DNA of 64,000 nt from an uncultured Gemmatimonadales bacterium (lineage in GTDB: Bacteria > Gemmatimonadota > Gemmatimonadetes > Gemmatimonadales > Gemmatimonadaceae), in assembly GCA_963793305.1 (NCBI GenBank), contig CAWBZV010000014.1, positions 128,001 through 192,000 of the forward strand, read 5' to 3'. Under the pieces are notes generated by a model. It had not been told where the DNA came from. It was given only the letters and a program-made list of their open reading frames with translations, and ran no database searches. Made by a program: the position numbers and the translations under genes. This document shows, in pieces, positions 1 to 11,030 of this stretch. Positions within the stretch are counted from its first letter, which is position 1. Each line of letters starts with the position of its first letter.

Positions 1-1218
1 CTCCCGCAGTTCGATACGACGATCCGGATAGACCATCTCTCTCCGGTGTACGACACGACGATCGCCAGCTTCCCGCTGCTCGGCGATGAAGGGGCGATCT
101 TGCTGGCGCGCATTCCGCAACGCGCGGACATCCGCGGCGTCATGCGGTTCGATTCGCTCGCCAATTATTACACGGCCACGGTCGACGACACGGCGGCCAA
201 GTTCTATCCGACGGTCGCGCACGACGCGCTGGTGTGGTTCACGATCAACCGGTCGGGGTTCGCGGCGACGCGTGGGTCGGACCAGGTCCAGTTCCTCGTG
301 TTCGATATCGACACCACCGCGGACACGACCATCAGCGTGCTGTCGGGCATGTTCAACAGCGCGCATTTTCTCGGTGCGAGCGGCGTGCGGCTGGCGTCGG
401 CGCTGAGCGACACGCTGAACGCGAGCTCGCTCGACACGTTCGTTATTCACCTGGACACGGCGAAGATCCTGGCGAAGACTCGGGGCGACCGCAAGCTGCG
501 CCTCGGGATCATCCCGCAACTGCTGAACAACCCGAGCGATGGTATCCGCCTGACGATCGCCCTCAATCCGACGCCGTACGTCCGCTATTACGGAAGCCTC
601 GACAGCCTCAAGGACACCACCTACGCCCGCGTGGTGTCGGATTTTCGGTCGGTCACGCCGGTGACCGATACCTCGTTGCTCGCGCGGCTCATTCATTACC
701 CGCTCATTGTCCAGGGGGCGATCACCGACTCGATGGATGCACTCAACATCGGCGGTATCCCCGCGCGCCGGGTTTTTCTGCGGTTCGCGCTGCCCCCGCG
801 CATCATCGATACGGCGAACGTGATCCGCGCGACGCTGATGCTGCATCCAAAGCCACAGCCGCTCCAATTGGCGGGCGATACGCTCGTGCTGTATCCGTGG
901 CCGGTGGTGTCGTCGAACAAGGTGATGACCGCGGCCGAGGCGACCAATTTCATCGTCAGCAACACGCTCTACTCGTTGGATTCCGTGCAAGTCGTGCCAT
1001 TGGCCGGCGCGGTGGTGGCGTTCGACTTCGTGAATGCGGTGCGGAACTGGCAGAACGTCTCGGATACGGTCAATACGCGCTCGCTCGTGCTCCGGATCCT
1101 CCCTGAGGGCGGCACGCCGCTCGAAGCCAGCTTTTGGTCATCGTTCGCTCCTGACACGTCGCTTCGGCCCCATGTCCGAATCCAGTACGTCAAACGGTCG
1201 GGCTTCGGGGCTCCGTGA
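1..1218 (+). CDS. Hypothetical exported/lipoprotein-like protein, 5' end outside the window
   Basis: Frame is open from base 1 (LPQFDTTIRIDH...) to TGA 1216-1218. Thr/Asp-rich, beta-strand-like composition. Stop overlaps the next ATG. Confidence 0.75.
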   Translation, partial: LPQFDTTIRIDHLSPVYDTTIASFPLLGDEGAILLARIPQRADIRGVMRFDSLANYYTATVDDTAAKFYPTVAHDALVWFTINRSGFAATRGSDQVQFLVFDIDTTADTTISVLSGMFNSAHFLGASGVRLASALSDTLNASSLDTFVIHLDTAKILAKTRGDRKLRLGIIPQLLNNPSDGIRLTIALNPTPYVRYYGSLDSLKDTTYARVVSDFRSVTPVTDTSLLARLIHYPLIVQGAITDSMDALNIGGIPARRVFLRFALPPRIIDTANVIRATLMLHPKPQPLQLAGDTLVLYPWPVVSSNKVMTAAEATNFIVSNTLYSLDSVQVVPLAGAVVAFDFVNAVRNWQNVSDTVNTRSLVLRILPEGGTPLEASFWSSFAPDTSLRPHVRIQYVKRSGFGAP

Positions 1219-2364
1219 TGCGCATTGCTTCCGTCGGCGTGTTGGCCCTCGCGCTCCCTGTGTCGCTCGTCGCCCAGGGCAACATCAGCACCCAGGGCTT
1301 CGGCTACCCCCCAGGCCAACTGAGCACGCGCGCTGAGGGCGCGGCGGGCGCGTTTGGCGAGTTCGACGCGCAGTCGCCGATCAACCCCGCCGCCATCGCG
1401 TCCGATCGCACGACACAGATTCACTTCCAGTACGATCCGGAGTTCCGCACGGTCGACGTTGGGAATACGCACGAGAGCTCGACCACCTCGCGCTTCCCAC
1501 TGGCCATGATCAGTGGCCCGATCTGGGGTGGCGGCGCGATCGCCTTGTCCTGGTCGACCCTGATGGACCGCACGTTCCAGGTGTCCCAGACCAGCTTCAT
1601 CAACAACTACACCGCGAATCAACGCGACACGCTGATCGCGACGATCGGATCGAGCGGTGGCATCAATGACATTCCGTCTGACCACCGCGTGGGCATTCGG
1701 CTCCTGGTTGGCGATCGGTGGTGGGTTCGACCTGTTTACGGGAGAGAATCGCCTCACCCAAACGGTGACCGTCAACGATACGATCCCGAATCAGTATGCG
1801 AATTCCCAATTCAAGAACTCGCTCTCGTACGACGGCGTGGGCGCATTGGGCGGCATCACCCTGCGTCCCGTGAAATGGCTCGGTCTCGCGGGCTCGTTCC
1901 GATATGGCGGCGGCATCACGGTGCGCGAAGGCGACTCCGCCACCGTGGCTCACGGCCTCATTCCCGCCCGCGCCGGTGGCGGTCTGCTCCTCACTCCCCT
2001 TCAGGGCCTCCTCATCTCGGCGCGCTATGACTGGGAAGAGTGGTCGCGGCTGAACCTGCTGGAGAAGGGCAACCTCCTGGCGCAGAACGGTGGCGGGTGG
2101 AGCGTCGGCGCCGACATTGAAGGACCGAAGCTGGGCACGAATCGCTACGTCACGCTGCGCGTGGGCGGCGGCAATCGCCCGCTGCCGTACGTGCTCGACG
2201 GCGTGTCGATTCGGGAAACGGAGATCAGTGGAGGACTCGGTATTCCACTCCTCCTGCAGCGATCCGTGCTCAACGTCTCGCTCATTCACGCCGACCGCAC
2301 ATCAGTGCTCGGCGTCAGCGAGAAAGCGTTCATCTTGAGCGTCGGGCTGACTATCCGACCGTGA
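1218..2364 (+). CDS. FadL/PorV-like outer-membrane beta-barrel protein, frameshifted at ~1672
   Basis: Signal peptide MRIASVGVLALALPVSLVAQ, hatch-like 'STRAEGAAGA...INPAA' motif, amphipathic strands ending in LSVGLTIRP. ORFs 1215 and 1657 join on removing one base at CATTC 1670-1674. Confidence 0.7.
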
Positions 2365-3534
2365 CCGAGCCCCAAGCGCCGCTGATCCTCGTCGCGGACG
2401 ACGTTCCCGCGAACGTGGAGTTGCTCTTCGATCAGCTTCACGCGCTCGGTTACCGTACGGTCTCGGCCCTCGACGGTCCCTCCGCCCTGACGGCGGCCTT
2501 CGTCCACCATCCCGAGCTGTGCATCCTCGACGTGTCGATGCCGGCCGGCGATCTCGGCTGCGACGATCGCTCGACGGGGTTCGAGGTCTGCCGCCGCATT
2601 AAGCGCGATCCGCGCACCGCGCGCATCCCGGTCATCTTCGTCACGGCGCTGAACGACACCTCTGACCGCGTGAAGGCGATTGAAGCCGGCGGCGATGATT
2701 TCTTGACCAAGCCGCACAACCGGCTCGTGCTCGGCGCGCGCGTGCGGAGCCTGATCCGGCTCAAAGCGGCGACGGACGCGCTGGAAGACAGCTACCGGAA
2801 GCTCCGTGAGCTCGAGAAAGTGCGCGACGATCTCATGAAGATGATCGTGCACGATCTCAAGACGCCGCTCACGTCGATCCTCGCCAGTCTCGAGCTGCTG
2901 CTCGACGGCGATCTCGGGCCGCTCTCCGGCGATCAGCGCGGGATGGTGTCCGATGCCGACGGCAAGGCCCAGGAGCTCCTTCGGCTCATCGAGGACCTGC
3001 TCGAAATCGCCCGCATCGAAGAGGCCGCGTTGCCACTCTCGCTCGAGCCGATCTCGGCCGTGGATCTGCTCGGAGAGATCCTCGGCGAGTGGGCCGTGCG
3101 ATTTCAACAGGACGGCGCGACCGCCACGTTCGATGTCGCCGACGACGTGACCCTGTTCGAGGCGGATCGGGGGCTCCTCAAGCGCGTGTTCGCGAACCTC
3201 GTACAAAACGCGCTCACGCATTCGGCTCGCGCCATCACGTTGACGTTGACCGCCCGGCGTGATCCGTCCGGCGTGTTGTTCACCGTGGCGGACAACGGTC
3301 CCGGCATCCCGCCGCAGTATCACGAGCTGATCTTCCGGAAGTTCGAGCAGGTGCGTGCGCTCAACGCGCCGCGCGTGCGCAGCTCCGGCCTCGGGCTCGC
3401 GTTCTGTCGCCTGGTGGTCGAGCAGCACGGCGGGCGCATTCTGGGTGCAGAGCGCCGAAGGGCAGGGCTCGGCGTTTCACATCCTGCTGCCCCAGGCGCC
3501 GAAGACGGCCGAGTATCCCGTGGTGACGGGGTGA
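2361..3534 (+). CDS. Cytoplasmic hybrid sensor kinase (receiver + HisKA + HATPase), frameshifted at ~3439
   Basis: ILVADD, LDVSMP and FLTKP receiver motifs; HDLKTPL H-box; NLVQNA, DNGPGI, GLGLA boxes. Removing one T restores GRIWVQSAEGQGSAFHILLP ending at TGA 3532-3534. Confidence 0.88.
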
Positions 3535-4697
3535 ACGTCTACCTCCAGACGTTCGGGTGTCGGGCGAATCAGGCGGATTCGGAAGCCGTCCGCTCCCTCG
3601 TGCTCTCGGCGGGACACGAGCTGGTCGACTCGCCGAGCGACGCTGACGTAGCGGTGTTCAACTCCTGCACGGTCACGGCAGCCGCCGACGCCGACGTTCG
3701 GCAAGCCGTTCGGCGCGCGCCGACCGCACGCAAGATCCTGATGGGATGCCTCCCTTCGCACACACCGCCAGACGTGACGGACGTACTCCCGGGCGCCGAT
3801 CTGGATGCGATCGCGGCGGTGCTCGGGATACCGTCAAGCGCGAAGCGCGAGACGATCAAACAAACCGGCACCCGCGCACTACTCCGCATCCAAGACGGCT
3901 GCGATGAGCACTGCACGTTCTGCGCGACGACCATGGCCCGTGGCGCGCATCGCTCGCGAGGCATCGGGGAAATCCTGGCCGAGGCCGAGCGGCTTGCCGA
4001 GTGGCATCCCGAGATCGTCCTGACGGGTATCCATATTGGCTCCCACGAGTCCCTGGGGCTGCTCGTCCAGGCGCTCGTCGACCGGCTGCCGGGTACGCGA
4101 TTTCGATTGTCGTCAATCGAAGCGACGGAGGTCGATGGCCGGTTGCGCGGCCTGCTCCGCGAGGGTGCGATAGCGCCCTGGCTGCATGCTCCGCTCCAAT
4201 CGGGCTCCGATCGCGTGCTCAAACGGATGGGCCGTCACTGGTATACCGCCGCGACGTACGAGCGCGCGATCGCCGAGATCGTCGATCGGATGCCGGTGTT
4301 TGGGCTTGGCGCTGACGTCATCGCCGGATTCCCTGGAGAGACGGAAGAAGATCATCGCGCGACGATGGCGCTCGTCGAACGGCTCCCGTTCACGGCGTTG
4401 CACGTATTCCCATACTCGCCCCGCCCGGGCACGGCGGCCGAGCGGCTCGGGCCGCCGGTCCGCTCGAACGAGCGGGCGGCCGAGCTGCGGGCCTTGGCCG
4501 CACGGAAGGCCGCGGCGTATCGGGACGCCCGACGCGGGACGATCGCGGATGCGATAGCCATGGGTGGGCGTAAGGCTATGACGGAAGACTATCTTACGGT
4601 CGATTTGGCCGACCCGACTATCCCGCGCGGCACTCGGTGGCGAGGATTGTTGGTTGCCAGCGCGACTACGCCCGACCGCCTTACCATTACGCGATGA
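3531..4697 (+). CDS. mtaB: Radical SAM methylthiotransferase, MtaB-like
   Basis: TFGCRANQADSE, FNSCTVT, IQDGCDEHCTFC, DVIAGFPGETEE, HVFPYSPRPGT. GTG start overlaps the corrected kinase stop. Confidence 0.85.
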   Translation: MNVYLQTFGCRANQADSEAVRSLVLSAGHELVDSPSDADVAVFNSCTVTAAADADVRQAVRRAPTARKILMGCLPSHTPPDVTDVLPGADLDAIAAVLGIPSSAKRETIKQTGTRALLRIQDGCDEHCTFCATTMARGAHRSRGIGEILAEAERLAEWHPEIVLTGIHIGSHESLGLLVQALVDRLPGTRFRLSSIEATEVDGRLRGLLREGAIAPWLHAPLQSGSDRVLKRMGRHWYTAATYERAIAEIVDRMPVFGLGADVIAGFPGETEEDHRATMALVERLPFTALHVFPYSPRPGTAAERLGPPVRSNERAAELRALAARKAAAYRDARRGTIADAIAMGGRKAMTEDYLTVDLADPTIPRGTRWRGLLVASATTPDRLTITR

Positions 4698-6043
4698 CCG
4701 ATCAGCCGACCGTCTACGTCGAGACGTATGGTTGCCAGATGAACGTCAGCGACTCCGAGCTCATGCTCGGAAAGCTCGTGGCGTCCGGCTATCGTCCCGT
4801 CGACGGCCCGGACGGCGCCGATGTCATTCTCGTCAACACGTGCGCGATTCGGGATCACGCCGAGCAACGGGTGATCGGGCGCCTCGGCGAGCTCAAACGG
4901 CATATGGCGCCAGGCGCGATCCTCGGTGTGACGGGCTGCATGGCGCAGCGCCTCGGCCCCGTGCTGTTGGAGCGTGCATCGCACGTGAGTCTCGTGATCG
5001 GACCCGACGGCTATCGCGCGTTGCCTGCTCTGCTTGATGGTGCCCGCCGCGGCATTCGGGCCACTGCGACAGAGTTTGATCTCGAGGAGCATTACGAGGA
5101 TTTCTCGCCGCGGCGTATCGACGGCGTGAAAGCGTGGATCCCGGTCCAGCGGGGATGCGACTACCGGTGCACGTACTGCATCGTGCCGACGACACGCGGC
5201 CCGGAGCGCAGCCGTCGCCTCGCCGACGTTGTCCGTGAGGTCGAATCCGTCGTGGCCGAAGGCATGACCGAGGTCGTGCTGCTCGGCCAGACCGTCAACT
5301 CCTACCACGACGGGGAGCACGATTTCGCTGATCTGCTCCGCGCCGTGGGCGCGGTATCAGGGGTCCGTCGCATCCGCTTTACGAGCCCACACCCGAACGA
5401 TTTCTCCGACCGGGTGATCTCCGCGCTCGCCGAAGTCCCGGCCGTGTGCGAACACGTCCACTTGCCGATGCAATCCGGCTCGACGCGCATACTCAAGCGC
5501 ATGCTGCGCCGGTATTCTCGCGAGGGCTACTTGGAGTGCGTGGCGCGGCTCCGCGAGGCGATCCCGGGGCTCGCGCTGACGACGGATGTGATCGTCGGAT
5601 TTCCGGGTGAGACGGACGACGATTTCTCCGAGACGCTGGAGGTCGTGCGGGAGGTGGGATTCGAGGACGCGTACACGTTCAAGTTCTCTCCCCGGGATGG
5701 GACGGCCGCCACGCGCTTTCCGGTTGGGGAGACGGTACCGGATGACGTGGCGAGCGAGCGGCTGGCCCGGCTCATCGAGACCGTTCGGGGTGCCAGCCGG
5801 CGGCGCAACCTGGGTCTTCTGGGGACGGAGCACGAGGTGTTGGCCGAGCGGGTCGCCAAGCGGGGCGAAGGGGAGATTCAGGCGCGGACCCGCGATTTCA
5901 AGACCGTGGTCCTCGGCTCGGGCGCCGCGGTGCTGGGTGGCTACTATCGGGTGAAGATCACCGGGACGACGGGGTCGACGTTTACCGGCGAAATTATTGG
6001 CGCGACTCGTGCGTTGCCCGTGTCTCACCAGGCGGTTGTGTGA
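4694..6043 (+). CDS. miaB: tRNA methylthiotransferase MiaB
   Basis: TYGCQMNVSDSE, NTCAIRDHAE, GCMAQR, GCDYRCTYC, LLGQTVNSY, C-terminal TRAM-like region. Confidence 0.95.
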   Translation: MTDQPTVYVETYGCQMNVSDSELMLGKLVASGYRPVDGPDGADVILVNTCAIRDHAEQRVIGRLGELKRHMAPGAILGVTGCMAQRLGPVLLERASHVSLVIGPDGYRALPALLDGARRGIRATATEFDLEEHYEDFSPRRIDGVKAWIPVQRGCDYRCTYCIVPTTRGPERSRRLADVVREVESVVAEGMTEVVLLGQTVNSYHDGEHDFADLLRAVGAVSGVRRIRFTSPHPNDFSDRVISALAEVPAVCEHVHLPMQSGSTRILKRMLRRYSREGYLECVARLREAIPGLALTTDVIVGFPGETDDDFSETLEVVREVGFEDAYTFKFSPRDGTAATRFPVGETVPDDVASERLARLIETVRGASRRRNLGLLGTEHEVLAERVAKRGEGEIQARTRDFKTVVLGSGAAVLGGYYRVKITGTTGSTFTGEIIGATRALPVSHQAVV

Positions 6044-6306
6044 TCAACGCACTCGAAGAAGCCATTCGGGCGTCCTACGAGACCCTGCGGCCCTTGCACC
6101 CCGAGCTGTGCTCGTGCGACCGGTGTCGCGACGACGTCCTCACGTTTGCCTTGAACCAAGCGCGTCCCCGCTACATCGTGGGTGACGCGCTCGGCTCGGC
6201 GGTGACCCGCGTGACCCTGAGTAAGGATCAAGCGCAAGCGGAGCTGGCCGTGATCGTGCTCGACGCCATGCAGCGGGTGGCCAGTCAGCCGCATCATCAC
6301 GCATAA
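6040..6306 (+). CDS. ComFB-family protein
   Basis: 88 aa with N-x-x-E, CSCDRC, D-x-x-x-x-ALN-x-x-x-PRY and terminal PHH, matching the ComFB family pattern. Confidence 0.8.
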   Translation: MINALEEAIRASYETLRPLHPELCSCDRCRDDVLTFALNQARPRYIVGDALGSAVTRVTLSKDQAQAELAVIVLDAMQRVASQPHHHA

Positions 6307-6318
6307 CGGGGAGGAGTC

Positions 6319-7347
6319 GTGGTCCAACACACCGACACATTGGTGGTGACGATCGAGCGATTCATCATCGAGCAGGAACGACTGTATCCCCAGGCGACCG
6401 GTGAGCTGTCTGGCATTCTGTACGATCTGGCGCTGGCTGCCAAGTTGATCGCCAACAAGGTCCGTAGTGCGGGGCTGGCCGACGTCCTGGGCGCCACGTC
6501 GTCGATCAACGTCCAGGGCGAAACGCAGCAAAAATTGGACGTCCTGGCGAACGACATTCTGATCAAGGCGCTGGACCACGGCGGCCGTCTCGCCGCCATG
6601 GCCTCGGAGGAAGAGCCGGACATCATCCCGATCCCGGACGGCTTCCCGACGGGGAAATACGTGATCGTGTTCGACCCGCTCGACGGCTCGTCGAACATCG
6701 ATGTGAACGTTCCCGTCGGCACGATCTTCTCGGTGATGCGTAAGATCTCGCGCGGCACGCGAGGTGATCTGTCCGACATGCTGCAGCCAGGCCGGCGGCA
6801 GGTCGCCGCGGGCTACGTCATCTACGGCTCCAGCACGATGCTCGTCTATACGACCGGTCAGGGCGCCCATGGTTTCACCTTGGACCCGTCCATCGGCGAA
6901 TTCCTCCTCTCGCATCCCGATATCAAGACCCCCGCGCGCGGGCGATACCTGTCGGTGAATGATTCCTACGAGCAACACTGGGACGAATCCACGCGTGCAT
7001 TGATCCGTCGGTACCGTGGTCTCGACGGCAAAAGAAAGCCGCTGTCCGGCCGATACGTCGGGTCGCTCGTTGCCGATTTCCATCGCAATCTCTTGGGCGG
7101 TGGCCTTTTCGCGTATCCGGCGAATGCCCAGTACCGAAAGGGCAAGCTGCGGTTGCTCTATGAGGCCAACCCATTGGCGTTCATCTGCGAGCAAGCGGGC
7201 GGCGGGGCCATCGACGGCGTGAATGACATCCTCGACTTGACGCCGACCGAGTTGCATCAGCGAACGCCGCTGTATATCGGCAGCAAAGACGAGGTCGCCC
7301 TCGCGCGCGAGATGCTCGCCGCGAGCCTGAGCGCGGTCGGTGCGTGA
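6319..7347 (+). CDS. fbp: Class 1 fructose-1,6-bisphosphatase
   Basis: [54 protein letters not shown] upstream. Confidence 0.97.
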   Translation: MVQHTDTLVVTIERFIIEQERLYPQATGELSGILYDLALAAKLIANKVRSAGLADVLGATSSINVQGETQQKLDVLANDILIKALDHGGRLAAMASEEEPDIIPIPDGFPTGKYVIVFDPLDGSSNIDVNVPVGTIFSVMRKISRGTRGDLSDMLQPGRRQVAAGYVIYGSSTMLVYTTGQGAHGFTLDPSIGEFLLSHPDIKTPARGRYLSVNDSYEQHWDESTRALIRRYRGLDGKRKPLSGRYVGSLVADFHRNLLGGGLFAYPANAQYRKGKLRLLYEANPLAFICEQAGGGAIDGVNDILDLTPTELHQRTPLYIGSKDEVALAREMLAASLSAVGA

Positions 7348-8905
7348 GCTGACACCGTCGGGTCTGACAGTCGCCCCGCTCTATCGACCGGCCGACGCGC
7401 CGGTCGATTACGCACGTGACCTCGGCGACCCGGGAACGTTCCCGTTCACCCGTGGGATTCAACCCACGATGTACCGTGGGCGGCTGTGGACCATGCGCCA
7501 GTACGCCGGCTTCGGGACGGCGGCCGAGACGAATGCGCGCTTTCGCTTACTGCTCGCGGCTGGCCAAACCGGATTGTCGGTCGCGTTCGATCTGCCGACG
7601 CAGATGGGATTCGATTCCGACTCGCCGCGAGCGTTGGGCGAAGTCGGCCGCGTGGGCGTGGCGATCGACACCGTGGAAGACATGCACGCGTTGTTGGCCG
7701 ACCTGCCCCTCGACCGCGTGTCGACGTTGATGACGATCAATGCGACGGCGTCGACGTTGCTAGCGATGTACATCGTCGCGGCCGAAGAGCGGGGTATCGG
7801 CCGCGACAAAATATCGGGCACGGTCCAAAACGACGTTCTCAAGGAGTACATAGCCCGCGGTACGTATATCTACCCACCAGGGCCGAGCCTCGCCCTCGTC
7901 GCTGACGTGATCCGCTTTTGCACTGCCGAGGTTCCGGGCTGGAACCCCATCTCGATCTCGGGCTATCACATCCGCGAGGCCGGTGCCACGGCGATCCAGG
8001 AGCTGGCGTTCACATTCTCGAATGCGATCGCGTATATCGATCGTGCACTGGCGGCCGGGGTGGCAATCGACGATTTCGCGCCTCGGTTGTCTTTTTTCTT
8101 CGCCGCCCACAACGATCTCTTCGAAGAAATCGCGAAATTCCGCGCCGCGCGCCGGATCTACTCGCGCCTGATGCGCGATCGTTTTCACGCGAGCGAAGCG
8201 AGCGCCAGGCTCCGTTTTCACACGCAGACGGGCGGCGTTACGCTGACCGCCCAGCAGCCGCTGAACAACGTCGTCCGCGTCACGGTCCAAACGCTCGCCG
8301 CGACGCTCGGCGGCACGCAGTCGTTGCACACGAACGGCTACGACGAGGCGCTCGCGCTCCCGACGGCCGAAGCGGCCACGCTCGCGCTTCGAACGCAGCA
8401 AATCGTCGCCTACGAGTCGGGAGTCGCGAGCACCGCCGACCCATTGGCCGGCAGCTACTACGTCGAGCACCTGACCACGGAGCTCGAGCAACACGCCCTC
8501 GCCCTGATGTCTCGCGTCGACGACCTCGGCGGAGCAGTATCCGCGATCAGCGCCGGATTCTTCCAGGACGAGATCGCCAAGAGCGCCTACGAGTACCAAC
8601 TGCGCGTCGAGAGCCGCGATGCCCCGATTGTCGGCGTCAACATCTTCACCGACGACTCCGCACCGCCCACAATCCCGGCTCCCGATTTCAGCGCCCTCGA
8701 ACGCGATCAGGTCGCGCGCTTAGCCACCGTACGCAAAAGCCGCGATGCCACCAAGGTCGATGCCGCTCTCGCCGCCCTGCGCACCGGCGCTCACGACCAG
8801 CAGCCCCTCATGCCGCTCATCATCGACGCCGTCCGCGCGCGCGCCTCGGTCGGCGAGATATCCGACACGCTACAGCGCGAGTGGGGACGGTTCCGGGACT
8901 CGTGA
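7340..8905 (+). CDS. Methylmalonyl-CoA mutase substrate-binding subunit (split type, no B12-binding domain)
   Basis: [53 protein letters not shown]. No DxHxxG domain in the ORF. Confidence 0.93.
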   Translation: MRELTPSGLTVAPLYRPADAPVDYARDLGDPGTFPFTRGIQPTMYRGRLWTMRQYAGFGTAAETNARFRLLLAAGQTGLSVAFDLPTQMGFDSDSPRALGEVGRVGVAIDTVEDMHALLADLPLDRVSTLMTINATASTLLAMYIVAAEERGIGRDKISGTVQNDVLKEYIARGTYIYPPGPSLALVADVIRFCTAEVPGWNPISISGYHIREAGATAIQELAFTFSNAIAYIDRALAAGVAIDDFAPRLSFFFAAHNDLFEEIAKFRAARRIYSRLMRDRFHASEASARLRFHTQTGGVTLTAQQPLNNVVRVTVQTLAATLGGTQSLHTNGYDEALALPTAEAATLALRTQQIVAYESGVASTADPLAGSYYVEHLTTELEQHALALMSRVDDLGGAVSAISAGFFQDEIAKSAYEYQLRVESRDAPIVGVNIFTDDSAPPTIPAPDFSALERDQVARLATVRKSRDATKVDAALAALRTGAHDQQPLMPLIIDAVRARASVGEISDTLQREWGRFRDS

Positions 8906-9381
8906 TGTTGTTCCTGATCGCCCTGCTGGCGCCCCAAGACTCCACGCGAGTCTATGATGTCGTGCCCGACCAGAGTGATGACATTCCGGCTGCCATCGAG
9001 CGATCTGTCGAGCACATGAATTTCATCATTCGCCCAATCGCCCGTCATCGCTTGCGGAAAACCAACCCTCTCCCACAGCACCTGCGCCTCGACTACGCAC
9101 CAGACACGATCACGGTCCACCTCGGCGACGCCCCACCAGCCGCCCTCCCTCGTGACGGCTCAGCCGTACCCTGGCGTGACATAGACAACGACAAGTGCCG
9201 CATAAGCCTGACGCTCGCGGGCGACACCCTGATCGAGCACGTCGTTGCGCACGGCGGCCAAGGTGAGACGCGCTACGTCATGCTCGACGGCGGCAAACGC
9301 ATCCGCGAGGACGTCCGCATCACGAGCTCGCACCTGCCGCAGCCGGTGGTTTACAGCGTGGTGTTCGCCAAGGCCGAGTAG
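8905..9381 (+). CDS. Hypothetical exported protein
   Basis: ATG overlaps the mutase stop. Short hydrophobic N-terminus [13 protein letters not shown]-rich codon usage. Confidence 0.7.
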   Translation: MLFLIALLAPQDSTRVYDVVPDQSDDIPAAIERSVEHMNFIIRPIARHRLRKTNPLPQHLRLDYAPDTITVHLGDAPPAALPRDGSAVPWRDIDNDKCRISLTLAGDTLIEHVVAHGGQGETRYVMLDGGKRIREDVRITSSHLPQPVVYSVVFAKAE

Positions 9382-9386
9382 CTTTC

Positions 9387-9409
9387 AACGGGGCCAAGCT
9401 CCCCGTTTC
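9387..9409 (+). terminator. Possible intrinsic terminator hairpin
   Basis: AACGGGG-ccaagct-CCCCGTT inverted repeat just after stop 9381. The T tail is short. Confidence 0.45.
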
Positions 9410-9509
9410 CCGCACTGCGACCGCCAGGTAGACTCGGGACGCCCAGCTGCTGCTTGTAGCGCTTGCGGCTCGATTCACCATATGCCAAATTCATGGAGCA
9501 GCTCATACG

Positions 9510-9827
9510 ATGCCTCGATGGGCCGCATCGGTATCGGCCGCCATTCGAGATCGTGTGGCTCGCGGCCAAGTCCGATTCACGTTCAAAGCAATTACCGAGC
9601 TCGCGATGCTCGGGGAAGGGCTGGACAAATCCGATATCTGTGAAGTTCTCGCCGACCTTCGGCCGAGTGACGCGTGCTCGAGACTGCGATCATCATCGAC
9701 GCATGAGTGGATGTATGTGTTCAAACCGCACGTCGGCGCGACGATCTTGTATCTCAAGGTCATCGTGCGCACATCGTGCATTGTGATTTCCTGCCATGAC
9801 GACCAGACGCCTGAAGCCAGTTCCTAA
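9510..9827 (+). CDS. mqsR: MqsR-like (RelE superfamily) type II toxin
   Basis: 105 aa with T-x-x-A-x-x-E, W-x-YVFKP, LYLK and VISCH motifs, directly upstream of a Zn-finger-HTH antitoxin. Confidence 0.75.
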   Translation: MPRWAASVSAAIRDRVARGQVRFTFKAITELAMLGEGLDKSDICEVLADLRPSDACSRLRSSSTHEWMYVFKPHVGATILYLKVIVRTSCIVISCHDDQTPEASS

Positions 9828-10230
9828 CGAAGCCTGCCCGGAATGCGGCGCGACGATGACCACCGTTCGCGGTGCCTTGAGCTACCCGGTTAATGGGGAA
9901 CGCGTGCGCGTGGCGGGTGTGACGTATTCTCAGTGTTCTCGTGGACACGACCCCGTCCTCGGGATCGATCAAGCTCGCCTGCTGCAGGAGGGTGCGCTCG
10001 CGCGTTATCGCAAACGATACGGCTTGTTGTCCGCCGGCGACATCCGCGCCCTGCGCGGTGAGCTCGGTCTGACACAGGGAGCACTCGCCTCGTTGCTTCG
10101 GCTGGGCGGCAACACGCTGTCGCGATGGGAGTCAGGGCGCAATGTGCAGACGGCCGCTATGGACCTCTTGCTCCGGCTTCTACGCGACGTGCCGGGTAAT
10201 CTCGACTATGTGAGACGGCACGCGGCATAA
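9796..10230 (+). CDS. mqsA: MqsA-like antitoxin (N-terminal zinc finger + XRE HTH)
   Basis: CPECG...QCSRGH, then IRALRGELGLTQGALASLLRLGGNTLSRWESG. Confidence 0.85.
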   Translation: MTTRRLKPVPNEACPECGATMTTVRGALSYPVNGERVRVAGVTYSQCSRGHDPVLGIDQARLLQEGALARYRKRYGLLSAGDIRALRGELGLTQGALASLLRLGGNTLSRWESGRNVQTAAMDLLLRLLRDVPGNLDYVRRHAA

Positions 10231-10279
10231 GCACTCTCGGACCGAAAATGATGCGGGAGGCGCTTGGCGTCTCGAGGGT

Positions 10280-11017
10280 TCATCGACAGGGTACTTCCTT
10301 GGAACCGAAGGTAATCGCGCGAATTCGCGCATTCGGAAGTATGGGATCTTGCAATGCCTGGAGTTTGAGACCCTGGAACTTGTGCGCTTCCAACAGATCC
10401 CGCTGCGCGTAGTCGGCGGAACCAAAGAGAAACACCACGCCTCGAGCCGCACAAAACCCCACCTGCACCTGACCGTTCTCGACCCATACAATGCCACGAT
10501 TGCCGTACGTGGCGGTCAACTGACTCCATGTCGCGTCCGAGGGCAAGCCGCGAGGCAAGCGCCCAGCCGCACCACGTAAGATCCACAAGTGCAGAGGCCG
10601 TCCGCTATCGATCGCCGACGCCCGGCCAGCGGCGATGGCGGAGACCTGCAAGCCGTCGAAGGGAAAAACGACTCGAGGCTCCGCTTGCGGGTTCACGTCG
10701 TACGTTTTGACTAGCGTGGTATCAATGCGAGCCGCGGGGCAACGACGGAGCAGATCGACAAGCGGAGCCTGGATTCCAAGGGGACCGATTGAATCGCCGG
10801 TGATGCTGAGTTTTGCCGCCGGCGACACAGGGCAGGTGTCGGCGGCGCGCTCCGGTGCACTCGACTGCGCGCCGCCAGGTCCCGGCCCGATCATCAGCCA
10901 CAACACGCAGGTACGCAGCGCTGGCGAAACCCGGCTCGGTGTCCCCTTGCTTGAGAAGTGAGTACGCTGCGATTCGATGGTGGCGCGTGAGCGCAAGCGT
11001 TCGCTACGTGAACCCAT
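10280..11017 (-). CDS. Hypothetical, probably exported protein (start uncertain)
   Basis: Longest ORF in the gap. 'ITGDSIGPLGI' and 'ATWSQLTATYG' resemble beta-rich exported domains. Confidence 0.55.
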   Translation of the reverse strand: MGSRSERLRSRATIESQRTHFSSKGTPSRVSPALRTCVLWLMIGPGPGGAQSSAPERAADTCPVSPAAKLSITGDSIGPLGIQAPLVDLLRRCPAARIDTTLVKTYDVNPQAEPRVVFPFDGLQVSAIAAGRASAIDSGRPLHLWILRGAAGRLPRGLPSDATWSQLTATYGNRGIVWVENGQVQVGFCAARGVVFLFGSADYAQRDLLEAHKFQGLKLQALQDPILPNARIRAITFGSKEVPCR

Positions 11018-11030
11018 CGCGATACCACGA

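Noticed and set aside
2361..4697. Apparent histidine kinase-MtaB fusion (778 aa)
   Set aside because: Removing one T at ~3439 restores the normal kinase tail and a GTGA stop/start overlap. It matches the window-wide error context.
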